The notes: generated by a model not told the origin, from the sequence alone. A stretch of DNA of 64,000 bases from an uncultured virus (IMG/VR IMGVR_UViG_3300005239_004183) (IMGVR_UViG_3300005239_004183), one strand, 5' to 3'; shown: positions 19,756 to 29,767, counted from the stretch's first letter. Numbers and translations are program-made.

Positions 19756-20994
19756 TTACCTATTTAACAACTTTGCTCCTGCAATTGCAGAAACACCGAC
19801 TACAATGAATGATGCAAATAATTTACCCATAGGGAAAGGTGATACTTCTTGAACCAATTCAACTACATCTTCTGCATCCACAACTAAATCACAAGCCTTG
19901 CAGGTTATTGGGTGAACCCCTGCGTGTCTAATTCTTGGAGATTCACAAGAGCAGGATATTTCATCATCTTCTGCATCATAGAGAGCGACCATTTCTTCTT
20001 CATTTGGATAGGAATTGCATTTGTAGCAAGAGAATAATTTTCCATCGTCAGAAAGTAATGCCGCTTTGTGATTTTTCCCATACCCACAATATGAGCATTC
20101 TTTATCTCTCTTATGCGACCAATAGAGGGTTTCTGCTTCCAAAGCCATTTCATCTCCGCAACCACAAGAATGTTCTGCCTCAAAGGATTCTGCATCCATC
20201 CTATATTTAGGACCATCTCGGTTAATAACGACTTCACATTCTTCACAAGGTTTATTTATATTAAAATTATCATATTCACATGATGGACAAATGCCCTTTT
20301 TAGCATCTTTAATCATTTCTTCATCAAGATAACAGTCGCAATTCCCATCCTCCTGTAATCCACAACCTTCGCAATCAACATAAGGTTTTGGAAATTTGAA
20401 AGAACCGTCTTTATTATATGCATCTTCACTTAACGATTCTGCATCATACTTTCTTCTTCCTCCGCAATCAGCACAAAAGATTTCGGATTCAGCACCCATA
20501 ACATCTTCTGCCCCTTCCACGAAAATAGGATTTATTTGGTTTAGTGTATCTGCTTGGAATGTTTCTGCACTCTTTGAATCATCTTGTTGTTGTTTAAGAT
20601 ACTCTTTAATCTCTTGCTTTTTTGAATCTCTTGAAACGACAATAGTATCAACTGAATGTCTTGGACCTCTCATGTTCTTATATCTTCTGGCTTCTTCTCC
20701 AATTTGAAATACTCGTTTCTTATTCTTTCCCATTGGTTGTTGTTCACCCTCAACTATAAGAAATCCTTCTGCTTCATCATACTTGATAGCAATAGGGTTA
20801 AATCCATGATTATCTTGATTTCCGATTTCAAAAAAATAAGAGCATTGTTTCATCTCGGAATCTTCTTTTTTAGAAGAACCTTTGATAACTGTGAAATCGC
20901 CATACAGTTTTGTAGTTGAATCATAAGAATCTGGGTCAAAAATCCAGAAATCCTTACTACTAATCAATACCGCATGGTATTTTTTAAGACCCAT
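19756..20994 (-). CDS. Multi-zinc-ribbon modular protein with C-terminal membrane anchor
   Basis: Many CxxC pairs separated by x-x-A-E motifs; C-terminal LFASFIVVGVSAIAGA plus KLLNR. Confidence 0.75.
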   Translation of the reverse strand: MGLKKYHAVLISSKDFWIFDPDSYDSTTKLYGDFTVIKGSSKKEDSEMKQCSYFFEIGNQDNHGFNPIAIKYDEAEGFLIVEGEQQPMGKNKKRVFQIGEEARRYKNMRGPRHSVDTIVVSRDSKKQEIKEYLKQQQDDSKSAETFQADTLNQINPIFVEGAEDVMGAESEIFCADCGGRRKYDAESLSEDAYNKDGSFKFPKPYVDCEGCGLQEDGNCDCYLDEEMIKDAKKGICPSCEYDNFNINKPCEECEVVINRDGPKYRMDAESFEAEHSCGCGDEMALEAETLYWSHKRDKECSYCGYGKNHKAALLSDDGKLFSCYKCNSYPNEEEMVALYDAEDDEISCSCESPRIRHAGVHPITCKACDLVVDAEDVVELVQEVSPFPMGKLFASFIVVGVSAIAGAKLLNR

Positions 20995-20995
20995 C

Positions 20996-21802
20996 TCAAA
21001 CTCTCCTTAAAAGAGATTGATTACTACCACTAATTGCAATTGCCATTACTTGCATATCTGAAATCCTTTCAATGTGGTGAGTAGTCATCCATTCTGAAAG
21101 GGCGAGGGTTCTAAATCCATCAGTATAGGAATCATTTACATCGGGGGATAATGTATCTTGGCTACTTCGGTTAGCAACTGATAGTCGTGATAAATCTCCA
21201 TTTCTATTAATAGCACCTTTAATTTCATCTAATTTTAAATTAGCGTCTTGAATTTCTGGATGAGTAGTAGGTGTGTGAGTATTCATCATCTTAGGGGACT
21301 CTTGCCCAACTGAATCGTGATTTAAAAACATAGAGTTTTCTCTTTGCATCATCTTATGTAATGAAAATGGATTTGATAAATTATAATTAAATGGACTTAC
21401 TTTGTAAGTTTTAACATCTGAAACTCCGGGTCCAAATGCACCATCATTAACCATTGGTGATTGAACAGACTGATTTAAGAAATCAGCCCCTTCTTGAGCA
21501 GGTAATCTTCGGTTTGATGCAACAGTAGGAACAATATCAACAGTCATACCTGTTCTTTCAACATCAATAACTTCTAAATCAGAAGGTCTGAAATCCCCTG
21601 CAACATCAATTGTGCCTTCTTCAACAACCGGAGTTTCTGGCTCTTTAGTAGTGAATCTTGAAATTAGTTTTGAAAAAAGAGTTGGCTCTTCTTCTTCAAT
21701 ATGTTCAGCCGAAAAAACTTCTTTATTTGAATAAAGATATTTTGCAAGGATTCCAACACCCAATAGTGCTATAAATGGAGATGCATTTAATCTTCTTGCC
21801 AT
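20996..21802 (-). CDS. N-terminally anchored membrane protein
   Basis: PFIALLGVGILAKY then FSAEHIEEEEPT; TATA at 21825-21832. Confidence 0.7.
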   Translation of the reverse strand: MARRLNASPFIALLGVGILAKYLYSNKEVFSAEHIEEEEPTLFSKLISRFTTKEPETPVVEEGTIDVAGDFRPSDLEVIDVERTGMTVDIVPTVASNRRLPAQEGADFLNQSVQSPMVNDGAFGPGVSDVKTYKVSPFNYNLSNPFSLHKMMQRENSMFLNHDSVGQESPKMMNTHTPTTHPEIQDANLKLDEIKGAINRNGDLSRLSVANRSSQDTLSPDVNDSYTDGFRTLALSEWMTTHHIERISDMQVMAIAISGSNQSLLRRV

Positions 21803-21824
21803 AATTTTAATTTTAGCAAACAGA

Positions 21825-21836
21825 TATATAAAGATT
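21825..21836 (-). promoter_or_regulatory. Archaeal-type TATA promoter AATCTTTATATA
   Basis: Ends 22 nt before ATG at 21802. Confidence 0.75.
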
Positions 21837-21849
21837 ACTCAATCTAATA

Positions 21850-22191
21850 TTACTTTTTAATTTTAGATTCTTCATTAGAGTTATACTTTCTGCCCGTATA
21901 AAATCCCATAGAGCCAACTAAAGCAAGTGTCCCTAATGCCATATAATTATTAGAAACAAAAGAAATTAAATCTTCAAAAAAGCCACCTGCAAAGTTTTTA
22001 AAATACTCATTTCCAGACGAGGCTTCAAAGGATTCAGCAGGTTCAACAGGTTCAACCATATCTGGCTCTTCAATAGGTTCTGAAACTTCGGGTTCATCAA
22101 CTAATTCAGATGGTTCTGGTTCTGGCCTTTTTAAACCTAATTTTTCTAAAGTTAATGTTCCTACTCCAAACTCAATAGGGTCAAGTTTCAT
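21850..22191 (-). CDS. Pro/Glu-rich small protein with C-terminal TM
   Basis: EP repeats, AESFEAS, YMALGTLALVGSMGFY. Confidence 0.7.
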   Translation of the reverse strand: MKLDPIEFGVGTLTLEKLGLKRPEPEPSELVDEPEVSEPIEEPDMVEPVEPAESFEASSGNEYFKNFAGGFFEDLISFVSNNYMALGTLALVGSMGFYTGRKYNSNEESKIKK

Positions 22192-24137
22192 CACTCAACA
22201 CTTCCATTTCTTTGGTTTCTTCTCATTAAAATACCCAATACAAACAATCCTAACATAGAAACTCCGTAAGTTTTCATGTCTAATTTATTTGGAGGGTAAA
22301 TTTTATCCCAATTAATATCGGGTCGTGAACATCGGGAACAAAGATATGATGGACCTTTAACGGTCTTAATAGCCATCATCTCATCATTATAACCTTGCCT
22401 ATCGCACATTTCACATTCAACTTGTTTCCATTCTTCTGCCTCATATTGTTGCAAACCACCCATGATTGTGCCTCCTTCTTCAAACAAGAAATAAGTCCCA
22501 TCCCATTCTCGGTTCAAAATCTTTTCAATATCTTCAACTTTAATCCCCATAGGGTCTATAATACTTATAATTCTATCCTTAGAACCTAATTCTTTTCTCA
22601 CTACACTATCATGTCCGTATCTAATGGTTGCCATTTTTCCAACATAGAAAAGAACAGTATCTCTAAACACTTCAACTCGCTTAGGCCACTCATTATTTAC
22701 TTGAATATATTTGTCAGTAAAGTTTTCAGCACCAAACATCTCTTCCATCATCTCATCATAAAGGTCTGGGTCATCTTGTTGAAGTGATTTCATATACTCA
22801 AGAACATTTTTCTTATCAACAGGTTTTTCTCTAAATTCAACAGTAGCGGGCTTTTTGGCTCTTTTAGCCTTCTTTAATTCATCGTTCCATCTCGCACCGA
22901 TACCTAAGACAATTTGTTTTTTATTCCAACCTTTCCAATAAGAGTGTTTTCCAAGACCTCTCATAACATCTTTCAATTTTGCAACAGGCATAACTTGAGC
23001 AACGCCATCGGAACAAAGTGAAGGTTGTTGTTCTCCACCTTCAACTTTAGGGGGTCTTTGATTGTGAACCAGACCATAATGTTGCAAAGTTGTATATCCT
23101 TTCATTTGTGGAATACCCTGTTGTTCATTCCAATTTATTTCTGAAATGTGGGGTAATGCTCTATCATGGTAATGTTCATTTCCTATTCCCCTATTATAAT
23201 GTGGACTTGTAACCCTAACCTGCCTTTGCTCACCTTCATAATTAACATTTACAGTATTTCCATAATTCATCCCTCTTTGCAGAATTACATAATCTCTATT
23301 GCAATTTTCACATTCAATTACGGTTGAAACACAAATACCTTCACCATGTTGCGCTCTTGCTTCTGCTTCTGATACAAAGGAATTTCCACCCCACTTCATC
23401 ATTTGACCACAATGTTCACATTCTTCTTCGGTAAGCGGAGAACATTCATTCGCTTGGTGTTCTTCATGGGTATGTGGTGAAATTTTTAAATTTCTTCCTT
23501 GATTTTGTATCAGCCATTGTGAGGCGGCAGAATCGGGGTCATCTAATTGAGGATAATAATAAGTATCACAATTATTACATTGAACAGAAGGCCCTAAATT
23601 TAAAATAGCCGCCAATTTTTGTTGTAAATCTAAATGCCGATATATTCTAAATCTTGGACCCCCTAACCCATTCCAAATGCCCTCTTCATTATAGTAGTTA
23701 GGATACCGTTGAACAGTATAACTCAACGAGTTATCTTGCCATAATGAATTAACTGCCTCCATTTCTTCTTCTGCACCTTCAAGAGTCATCTGATATGGAT
23801 TACCATTATTGTTACCATCACCTTCTAATGTTATTCCACAATCATTACAAGAAACTCCGTGAAAAATAGGATATTGAACATATTGACCGGGAGGATACCG
23901 TATATTTCCATAATTCCGATTTTGATATTGAGGATTATTTGGAGGGTATTGGAATCCCAAATCTTGATAATGAACCTCTATGTTTTCAATCACTCCTTCT
24001 GCCCATTCTTGGAAGTGTTCTGGGTTAAAGGTGTATTCAAAATCGTGATAGCCTCTTGCAATACAGGCTTGAATGGCTTGTGCTTGTTGTTCTTCCAAGT
24101 CAAAAGATTCAACATCTTCTTCTTCTTCTTTTACCAT
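22191..24137 (-). CDS. Multi-zinc-finger modular protein with C-terminal membrane anchor
   Basis: Repeated CxxC..H..C units; C-terminal YGVSMLGLFVLGILM plus RRN. Confidence 0.75.
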   Translation of the reverse strand: MVKEEEEDVESFDLEEQQAQAIQACIARGYHDFEYTFNPEHFQEWAEGVIENIEVHYQDLGFQYPPNNPQYQNRNYGNIRYPPGQYVQYPIFHGVSCNDCGITLEGDGNNNGNPYQMTLEGAEEEMEAVNSLWQDNSLSYTVQRYPNYYNEEGIWNGLGGPRFRIYRHLDLQQKLAAILNLGPSVQCNNCDTYYYPQLDDPDSAASQWLIQNQGRNLKISPHTHEEHQANECSPLTEEECEHCGQMMKWGGNSFVSEAEARAQHGEGICVSTVIECENCNRDYVILQRGMNYGNTVNVNYEGEQRQVRVTSPHYNRGIGNEHYHDRALPHISEINWNEQQGIPQMKGYTTLQHYGLVHNQRPPKVEGGEQQPSLCSDGVAQVMPVAKLKDVMRGLGKHSYWKGWNKKQIVLGIGARWNDELKKAKRAKKPATVEFREKPVDKKNVLEYMKSLQQDDPDLYDEMMEEMFGAENFTDKYIQVNNEWPKRVEVFRDTVLFYVGKMATIRYGHDSVVRKELGSKDRIISIIDPMGIKVEDIEKILNREWDGTYFLFEEGGTIMGGLQQYEAEEWKQVECEMCDRQGYNDEMMAIKTVKGPSYLCSRCSRPDINWDKIYPPNKLDMKTYGVSMLGLFVLGILMRRNQRNGSVE

Positions 24138-24146
24138 CTATATCAC

Positions 24147-24935
24147 TTACTCCGTTGATTCAGTAGTATTATTTCCTGCATCAGTTGTTGAACCAGAAAT
24201 TTTAGTAAGTAAATAAGTTAATCCTCCAACAAGGCCAACACCCCACAAGACCTTGAAGCCAATTAGGGGATTCTTTCATAATCATCATAATGTTCCATTA
24301 ATTCAACCCCATTGACCATTATCATTATAATAACCCGGATGCCGACCAACATAAACTCCTTGCTCTTCCATTTCTTCTCTTAAAGCCCGATTGCCTCTAA
24401 TCATATCCATAGCGGCTCGGTCTGGATTGTAAATATCTCGGTCATCAATTTCATATTCCTTTTCTGGGATGGATACATTGTCCGACATTGCCTCATCAAA
24501 TGAATCGTAAGGTGCATTATCAAAATCGGCTTCAAAGGTTTCAGCCCCAAAATCTTCTGCTTCATATTCATAATTTCCCGCTTTACCGAATTTATTGAAA
24601 GCATTTTCAAATTTAGATTGGTGCGAAGAATCAAATTTAAAGTAATAACCATATCCATTTCCAATCTTTCTTACCGAACCTTTGGTTTTAATACCTGCAT
24701 CTTTTAGCATCTTTTTAACATCAGCCATTGTTAAGTCAGTATCATAAATTTGAACCCCCCATGTTTCAGCCTCAAATTGTTTATCTCTCAAATCTTGCGA
24801 CATTATTCTGTGCTTTCCAAGCCTTTGACTTAATTTTTCTATTTTAGAAGTAATATCAACACCATGAGGAATAACAATATTGGGCATTTCTGCATCAAAA
24901 GATTCTGCCTTTTTACAACCACAAGTATTACACAT
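24147..24935 (-). CDS. AE-motif-rich acidic protein, probably frameshifted near its 3' end, with C-terminal TM
   Basis: ATG at 24935 with GAGGTGA SD (MCNTCGCKKAESFDAE); ORF stops at 24303 but a downstream frame encodes GVGLVGGLTYLLTK..STE stop at 24147; breaks fall in G runs. Confidence 0.55.
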
Positions 24936-24945
24936 ATTAATCACC

Positions 24946-25398
24946 TCAAGCCGTAGTATTGGAATCTGTATCTGTTGCACCTGTTTCATTGGTAGCGTCT
25001 GCATCTTCGTCATCAGCAGGAGGTTCTTCACTTGGCTTGATAAACTTGTTATAAATTGCAAGGCCACCTAATGTTAGTAAAGTTAAGTTTCCAAACAAAA
25101 AGGACATACTTCCTGCATTCATACCTTCTGCTCGGTATTCTGTTGCATAATCATAGCCACCTTCTGCCATAAATCTTTTAGCCTCGGTTGTCATCTTTCC
25201 TTTTTGAAATAAACCTTCTCCCTTTGAACCCCATAGGATTGAACCTGCGGGGCTTAAAACTACTGAATTGCCTTGTTTTTCTGAAACTTCCATAGCCTTT
25301 TGAACCGCAGGTTGATAAGTTTTAAAATTACCATTTCCTTTCAAATGTCCATTCTTAGTTTCGTGTCCTACATAAAATTTCGGGTGTGTTCTTGACAT
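24946..25398 (-). CDS. Hypothetical protein with TM and short acidic tail
   Basis: MSFLFGNLTLLTLGGLAIY; GGTGA SD. Confidence 0.7.
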   Translation of the reverse strand: MSRTHPKFYVGHETKNGHLKGNGNFKTYQPAVQKAMEVSEKQGNSVVLSPAGSILWGSKGEGLFQKGKMTTEAKRFMAEGGYDYATEYRAEGMNAGSMSFLFGNLTLLTLGGLAIYNKFIKPSEEPPADDEDADATNETGATDTDSNTTA

Positions 25399-25405
25399 AT
25401 TTTTT

Positions 25406-25696
25406 TCACCTATTTCTTCTTTTCATTTCTGTTACGCCATCGGTGTGAACCAATTTGTAATTACCTGTTGAGCCTTTAATAATTAAACCATTATCAGTTT
25501 CGGCTTCTTTTGATTCTTTAGAGCCACAACCGCAATTTTCAGCATTGAGTGTGCCTCTATCCTCTCTTCCCATCTTCATACCTAACATGAATGCACCTCC
25601 AATAGCACCTGCTAATAAAAAGGTAGGGACCATAATTACCATTGATAAAGATTTAAGATTATCTAAATCAACTACATTTTTGGTAACTTCTGTCAT
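25406..25696 (-). CDS. Small membrane protein
   Basis: MVIMVPTFLLAGAIGGAFMLGM then LNAENCGC. Confidence 0.7.
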   Translation of the reverse strand: MTEVTKNVVDLDNLKSLSMVIMVPTFLLAGAIGGAFMLGMKMGREDRGTLNAENCGCGSKESKEAETDNGLIIKGSTGNYKLVHTDGVTEMKRRNR

Positions 25697-25751
25697 ACTA
25701 TCGCCTCATCTATTAGTTTTTAAATTTCCTGTGCCGATATATAAAGATTAC

Positions 25752-26066
25752 TTAAACTTCATCACTTAAAGGTTTCAACTTAATAATCTGGTTTTTGCCG
25801 AGCCTCCACCTTGAACAATACCAATGCCCCCTAACTGCGGCATTTATTAAACCACACATAGGCTCTCCTGCTTGGGTTCTTATTTCTTTTAAATGAATAC
25901 AATTTCCACAATGTTTTTTTTGATTACCAGAAGAATTAGGTTTTAACTGAACCTTAGCCCTATTTAATCGCCCAACCCATTCGGGTGCATTATCGTAAAA
26001 ATAATCTGGGTATTTTCTTTGCCTTTCGCTCTTTGGCTTGGTCTTTTTATCCACAGGATTAGGCAT
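25752..26066 (-). CDS. Small four-Cys protein, HiPIP-like pattern
   Basis: CGNCIHL..CGLINAAVRGHWYCSRW resembles the HiPIP CxxC..C..WCxxW arrangement. Confidence 0.5.
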   Translation of the reverse strand: MPNPVDKKTKPKSERQRKYPDYFYDNAPEWVGRLNRAKVQLKPNSSGNQKKHCGNCIHLKEIRTQAGEPMCGLINAAVRGHWYCSRWRLGKNQIIKLKPLSDEV

Positions 26067-26076
26067 GAGTAATCAC

Positions 26077-26535
26077 TCATTCCCAATTTTCTGCTTCATA
26101 ACCAATATCATCAAAGATTTCTGCTCCAAAAGATTCCGACTCAACCTTCAATCTATTCGCCATTTCTTCTGGAGAAATATCGTAGTCTTTCTTCATCTTT
26201 CGTGGTCGGTGCGGTTTCCCACTCATGGTTCTTACTCTTGGTCTGCCTTCTTCGGCCATTTTACCAAAAGCAAACTTTCCAAGTGAATCTCTATCGCCAC
26301 CAAAAACTTCACTAAAAGTAAGTCGTCTATTGACCGGATTTCCCATCTTCTTTCTCGCCTTCACACTTCTTTGTGCTAAAGTTTGCTTCGGTTCATCATC
26401 AACAGGCATTCCAATCATATTTTTTATACCATCCATAATTGGCTGACCTTTAACCTTCCTTTCATATATGGAAGTTTCCCAATCCTCATAAAGTGCATTA
26501 GGGTGTCCTGTAAGCATAGTATTTTTACCGGGCAT
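26077..26535 (-). CDS. Basic protein, likely continuation of 26424..27407
   Basis: Begins with LTGHPNALYEDWE, the end of the repeat unit seen in the upstream ORF (LTGHPSALYEEWE). Confidence 0.6.
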   Translation of the reverse strand: MPGKNTMLTGHPNALYEDWETSIYERKVKGQPIMDGIKNMIGMPVDDEPKQTLAQRSVKARKKMGNPVNRRLTFSEVFGGDRDSLGKFAFGKMAEEGRPRVRTMSGKPHRPRKMKKDYDISPEEMANRLKVESESFGAEIFDDIGYEAENWE

Positions 26536-27407
26536 AAATCTTCCAATAATCTCTCACCTTCTGCCCTTGTGAGCAATTCTAATCTTCGTGTAAGTGGAGT
26601 ATCTGGAACCGGATTTCTTGCCGTTCCATACCCTCTTTCCATAAACCATGCAAGGCCAGAATTACCACCCTTGTTTGAAACACCTCGGCTTTTAGCCCAT
26701 GTTCCAACTCTATCTCCCTTGTAAGTGATGATGCTTCTTTTGCCACCACCAATATTTGAATCCTTAATCCTTCTTGGACCACTCTTTGTCATTCTAACTT
26801 GACCTGTGGTGTTTTTAGGAGCAGGTCTTTGTTTGTATCCTGCATAATGCTTCTTAGCACCTTTCATTCCGTGTTTCTTAACCAATCCTTGCCACATAGT
26901 CAATTCTGCATCAAAAGCAGTTTCAGCACTATTAACTTGTTGTCCAGATACATTTTCCATATCTTCTTCCCATTCTTCGTAAAGTGCCGAAGGGTGTCCT
27001 GTTAATAAATCAGTCTTTCCTGCAATTCCTAATCTTCTTGCTAATGGAGTATCTGGAACAGGATTTCTCTTTGTTCCATATCCTCTATCCATAAACCATG
27101 ATTTACCAGACGCTCCCTTAGTCTTATTGCCTCCACTCTTAGTCCATGTTCCTACCTTATCACCTTTATAGAACAAATTACTTCTCTTTCCACCGCCAAT
27201 CTTGTTGCCCTTAACTCTTCGGGCTCCTTTCTTTGTGCTAACAACATTTCCTGTGGTTGTTGGAGGAACAGGTCTTTGAGAATATCCAGAATAGTGCTTT
27301 TTAGCACCTTCCACACCATGTTGTGAAACTAATTTCTGCCACTTGGTAGTTTTTACCTTCCTACCTCTTGAATCTGTAAAAGTTTTTCTGCCACCTTTCC
27401 GAGCCAT
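26424..27407 (-). CDS. Lys/Arg/Gly-rich protein with two tandem homologous domains (putative nucleic-acid-binding core protein)
   Basis: WQxLVxxHGxxGAKKHY..GGGKRS..YKGDxVGTW..WFMxRGYGTxRNPVPDTPL occurs twice; TATA at 27430. Confidence 0.75.
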   Translation of the reverse strand: MARKGGRKTFTDSRGRKVKTTKWQKLVSQHGVEGAKKHYSGYSQRPVPPTTTGNVVSTKKGARRVKGNKIGGGKRSNLFYKGDKVGTWTKSGGNKTKGASGKSWFMDRGYGTKRNPVPDTPLARRLGIAGKTDLLTGHPSALYEEWEEDMENVSGQQVNSAETAFDAELTMWQGLVKKHGMKGAKKHYAGYKQRPAPKNTTGQVRMTKSGPRRIKDSNIGGGKRSIITYKGDRVGTWAKSRGVSNKGGNSGLAWFMERGYGTARNPVPDTPLTRRLELLTRAEGERLLEDLCPVKILCLQDTLMHFMRIGKLPYMKGRLKVSQLWMV

Positions 27408-27453
27408 GTCTTTTTTTTCATCTTACGACTATATAAAACCTTTGACCGTCTTT

Positions 27454-27792
27454 TTAATTACCAGAACAAACTGAAATGTAATCTCTTTCATATTTAGTTT
27501 CATTGTATTTACAGTTTAATGTTTGAATACCACCTACTGCTATTCCACATAACATAGGTATCAAAAGATGTTTTGAATTAAAAGGAGAGGGTGATGCCAT
27601 AAATCTTGACTCACCAAAAATAGGGATAAATGGAATTAAAATTAAAGAACCCAATAGACCACCTAACAATCCATTTTCCATTTGAGTCTTAGAACATTTA
27701 TTTTTCATACCTTGAACATAATCATCAGAACCTCCAGCGCAGGTTCTTTTAATTTCTTCAAGAGTATCATAGTCCATAGAGTCCATAATCAT
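27454..27792 (-). CDS. Two-TM membrane protein with Cys residues
   Basis: GLLGGLLGSLILIPFIPIF and LLIPMLCGIAVGGI. Confidence 0.7.
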   Translation of the reverse strand: MIMDSMDYDTLEEIKRTCAGGSDDYVQGMKNKCSKTQMENGLLGGLLGSLILIPFIPIFGESRFMASPSPFNSKHLLIPMLCGIAVGGIQTLNCKYNETKYERDYISVCSGN

Positions 27793-27838
27793 CTATCTGC
27801 ATTTTAGATATATAAAGATTTATCTCTTTACAATCTGA

Positions 27839-28438
27839 TTAGAATAGGTAGGATTCAGAACCAAAGGTTCTTCCTTGACTGTTTCCAATTCCACCAAACA
27901 TAGAAGTTGAAGCAAGTGGTCCACCTAAATCAGACCTTCTGATAGGAGGAAGAACAGGTCTTGCCTCAACAGTCATTGGTGAAGGTGCTGAAACCATCTT
28001 TGCAAAGTTAGGAATGTTTGGAAGGTTTGCTCTTGGAAGAACAGTTTTTTCCATCATAGGGATAGATTTTGTTTCAGCCTTCATATTAATTTTAGGGGCT
28101 CCTTTAAAAATTGCTCTTGGATTTGTAGGTCGGTAAAAAGATTGTTCAGCCTCAAACTTAGGGCTACCGCCAAAAGTTTCTTGAACACCTCTATTAAATG
28201 CTAACTTTGGAATAAAGTTTTCAGCACCAACCTTAGATTCTGGCACTCTTATTTGAGGAAGTTTAGGCATAAAGTCGCCACTTGGTCTTGGACCTGTGCC
28301 TTGCATAAAAGGTTGTAATGAGGCATTATAAGCAGGAAGTGATTCACTCGCAAGATTAAAACTTGGAAATTGCGGCATATTCGGACTTGGTGGGGGAGTC
28401 GGTAAAACAGTATTTCCGATTTGTCTAACAGGATTCAT
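27839..28438 (-). CDS. Pro/Phe/Met-rich low-complexity protein
   Basis: GGTGA SD; repeated x-x-A-E motifs. Confidence 0.7.
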   Translation of the reverse strand: MNPVRQIGNTVLPTPPPSPNMPQFPSFNLASESLPAYNASLQPFMQGTGPRPSGDFMPKLPQIRVPESKVGAENFIPKLAFNRGVQETFGGSPKFEAEQSFYRPTNPRAIFKGAPKINMKAETKSIPMMEKTVLPRANLPNIPNFAKMVSAPSPMTVEARPVLPPIRRSDLGGPLASTSMFGGIGNSQGRTFGSESYLF

Positions 28439-28483
28439 TTTTAATCACCTACTTCTATTTTACTTGCTTTTGCTATATAAAGA

Positions 28484-28804
28484 TTAGCCTCTTCTGCCGG
28501 ATACAATAAATCTTGAAAGAATATAAAACGCACTTGAAGCAATACTTACAATTGCCGCACCTTTAACGAAATTGTTTTTAATTTCTGGAACACTTGAATA
28601 TAATTCTTCTGATTCTGTTGCAGACCATTCATATTGAGGCATCTTATTTTCTGACTCCATATCAATTTCGTTGTCATCATCACTATCATCATAATTAGAA
28701 TCATTATCTGCTGAAAATGCATCACTAAACGAATGTGGAGATTTAGATAGATTTTTGGAAGTATCTGATGAATAAGTATCATTAAATGATACCATAGGAT
28801 TCAT
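28484..28804 (-). CDS. Acidic protein with C-terminal membrane anchor
   Basis: GAAIVSIASSAFYILSRFIV plus SGRRG; true start may be upstream near 28866. Confidence 0.65.
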   Translation of the reverse strand: MNPMVSFNDTYSSDTSKNLSKSPHSFSDAFSADNDSNYDDSDDDNEIDMESENKMPQYEWSATESEELYSSVPEIKNNFVKGAAIVSIASSAFYILSRFIVSGRRG

Positions 28805-28882
28805 AGGTTGGGATAATTTAGAAACTACATTGATATTTTTACCTTTGTGTTGTGTTCTTCTTTCATATCAACTCTCCAACCA

Positions 28883-29767
28883 CTACATAGCTTGGTCTTT
28901 ATAATATTCGGGAGCATAACATACCATATCTCCAGATTCAGCATAAGTTATCCCCGACAAGATTTTATTAATTGTTGCTTTATCTGTTCCAAAGGATAAT
29001 TGTTCTTTAAGAGCATTCAAATCCTTTGTGTTAATAATATTGTGAATCATATATACTGATGCTTGTGAAAGTGCCTCTTTTGATACTGCCGCCGGTCTTT
29101 GTGAAATTAATGCAACCCCATAGCCCTTAGCCCTTCCTAATTTACATAATCTAACAATTGGTGCAAAAGATTGAGGTCTGCCCATTTGAGGGATGAAATC
29201 TTGACATTCTTCAAAAAAGGTCATCAAACCTTTATCACTAATCATAGTTTCTAAAATACCCTCGCAATAATCTGCAATTAATCTTTGTTGCATTTCTAAA
29301 CCTAATCCACTCATATTAATGATGAGTGATGAGCCAGACTGTTGTAATCTTTCAACAAGTTTTTTCATATTAATAGTTTCATGCCTTTGAGGTTCTATTG
29401 ATTCAATGCCATCCAATTCACAAAGATGCCCATGAGCATCAAGAGCATCAAAACAAACAAATTGTAATCCATGCCGTTCAAACTCTTCCATCAATACGGC
29501 ACTTGTCCAAGATTTTCCAGAACCTCTTTTACCACCTACGAACAACACTTGATAAACAATTTCCAATGGGAATTTAAATTTAGAACCTATTTGAACCATG
29601 TCTTGAGGGTTATTTGTTTCATCTTCGGGAGCATAACCAAAAGACATAGAATCTTCTAATGATAATTTTCCCGTCTGTAATCCCCAAGAATCATTAGATT
29701 CAGATTCAAACTCATCCTCATCATCATAATCAGATAGTGCAGATTCATCATACTCATAATCACTCAT
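28883..29767 (-). CDS. HerA/FtsK-superfamily P-loop ATPase (candidate genome-packaging ATPase)
   Basis: Walker A GKRGSGKS, Walker B FFEECQ, GRAKG arginine finger region, ISQRPA motif. Confidence 0.85.
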   Translation of the reverse strand: MSDYEYDESALSDYDDEDEFESESNDSWGLQTGKLSLEDSMSFGYAPEDETNNPQDMVQIGSKFKFPLEIVYQVLFVGGKRGSGKSWTSAVLMEEFERHGLQFVCFDALDAHGHLCELDGIESIEPQRHETINMKKLVERLQQSGSSLIINMSGLGLEMQQRLIADYCEGILETMISDKGLMTFFEECQDFIPQMGRPQSFAPIVRLCKLGRAKGYGVALISQRPAAVSKEALSQASVYMIHNIINTKDLNALKEQLSFGTDKATINKILSGITYAESGDMVCYAPEYYKDQAM

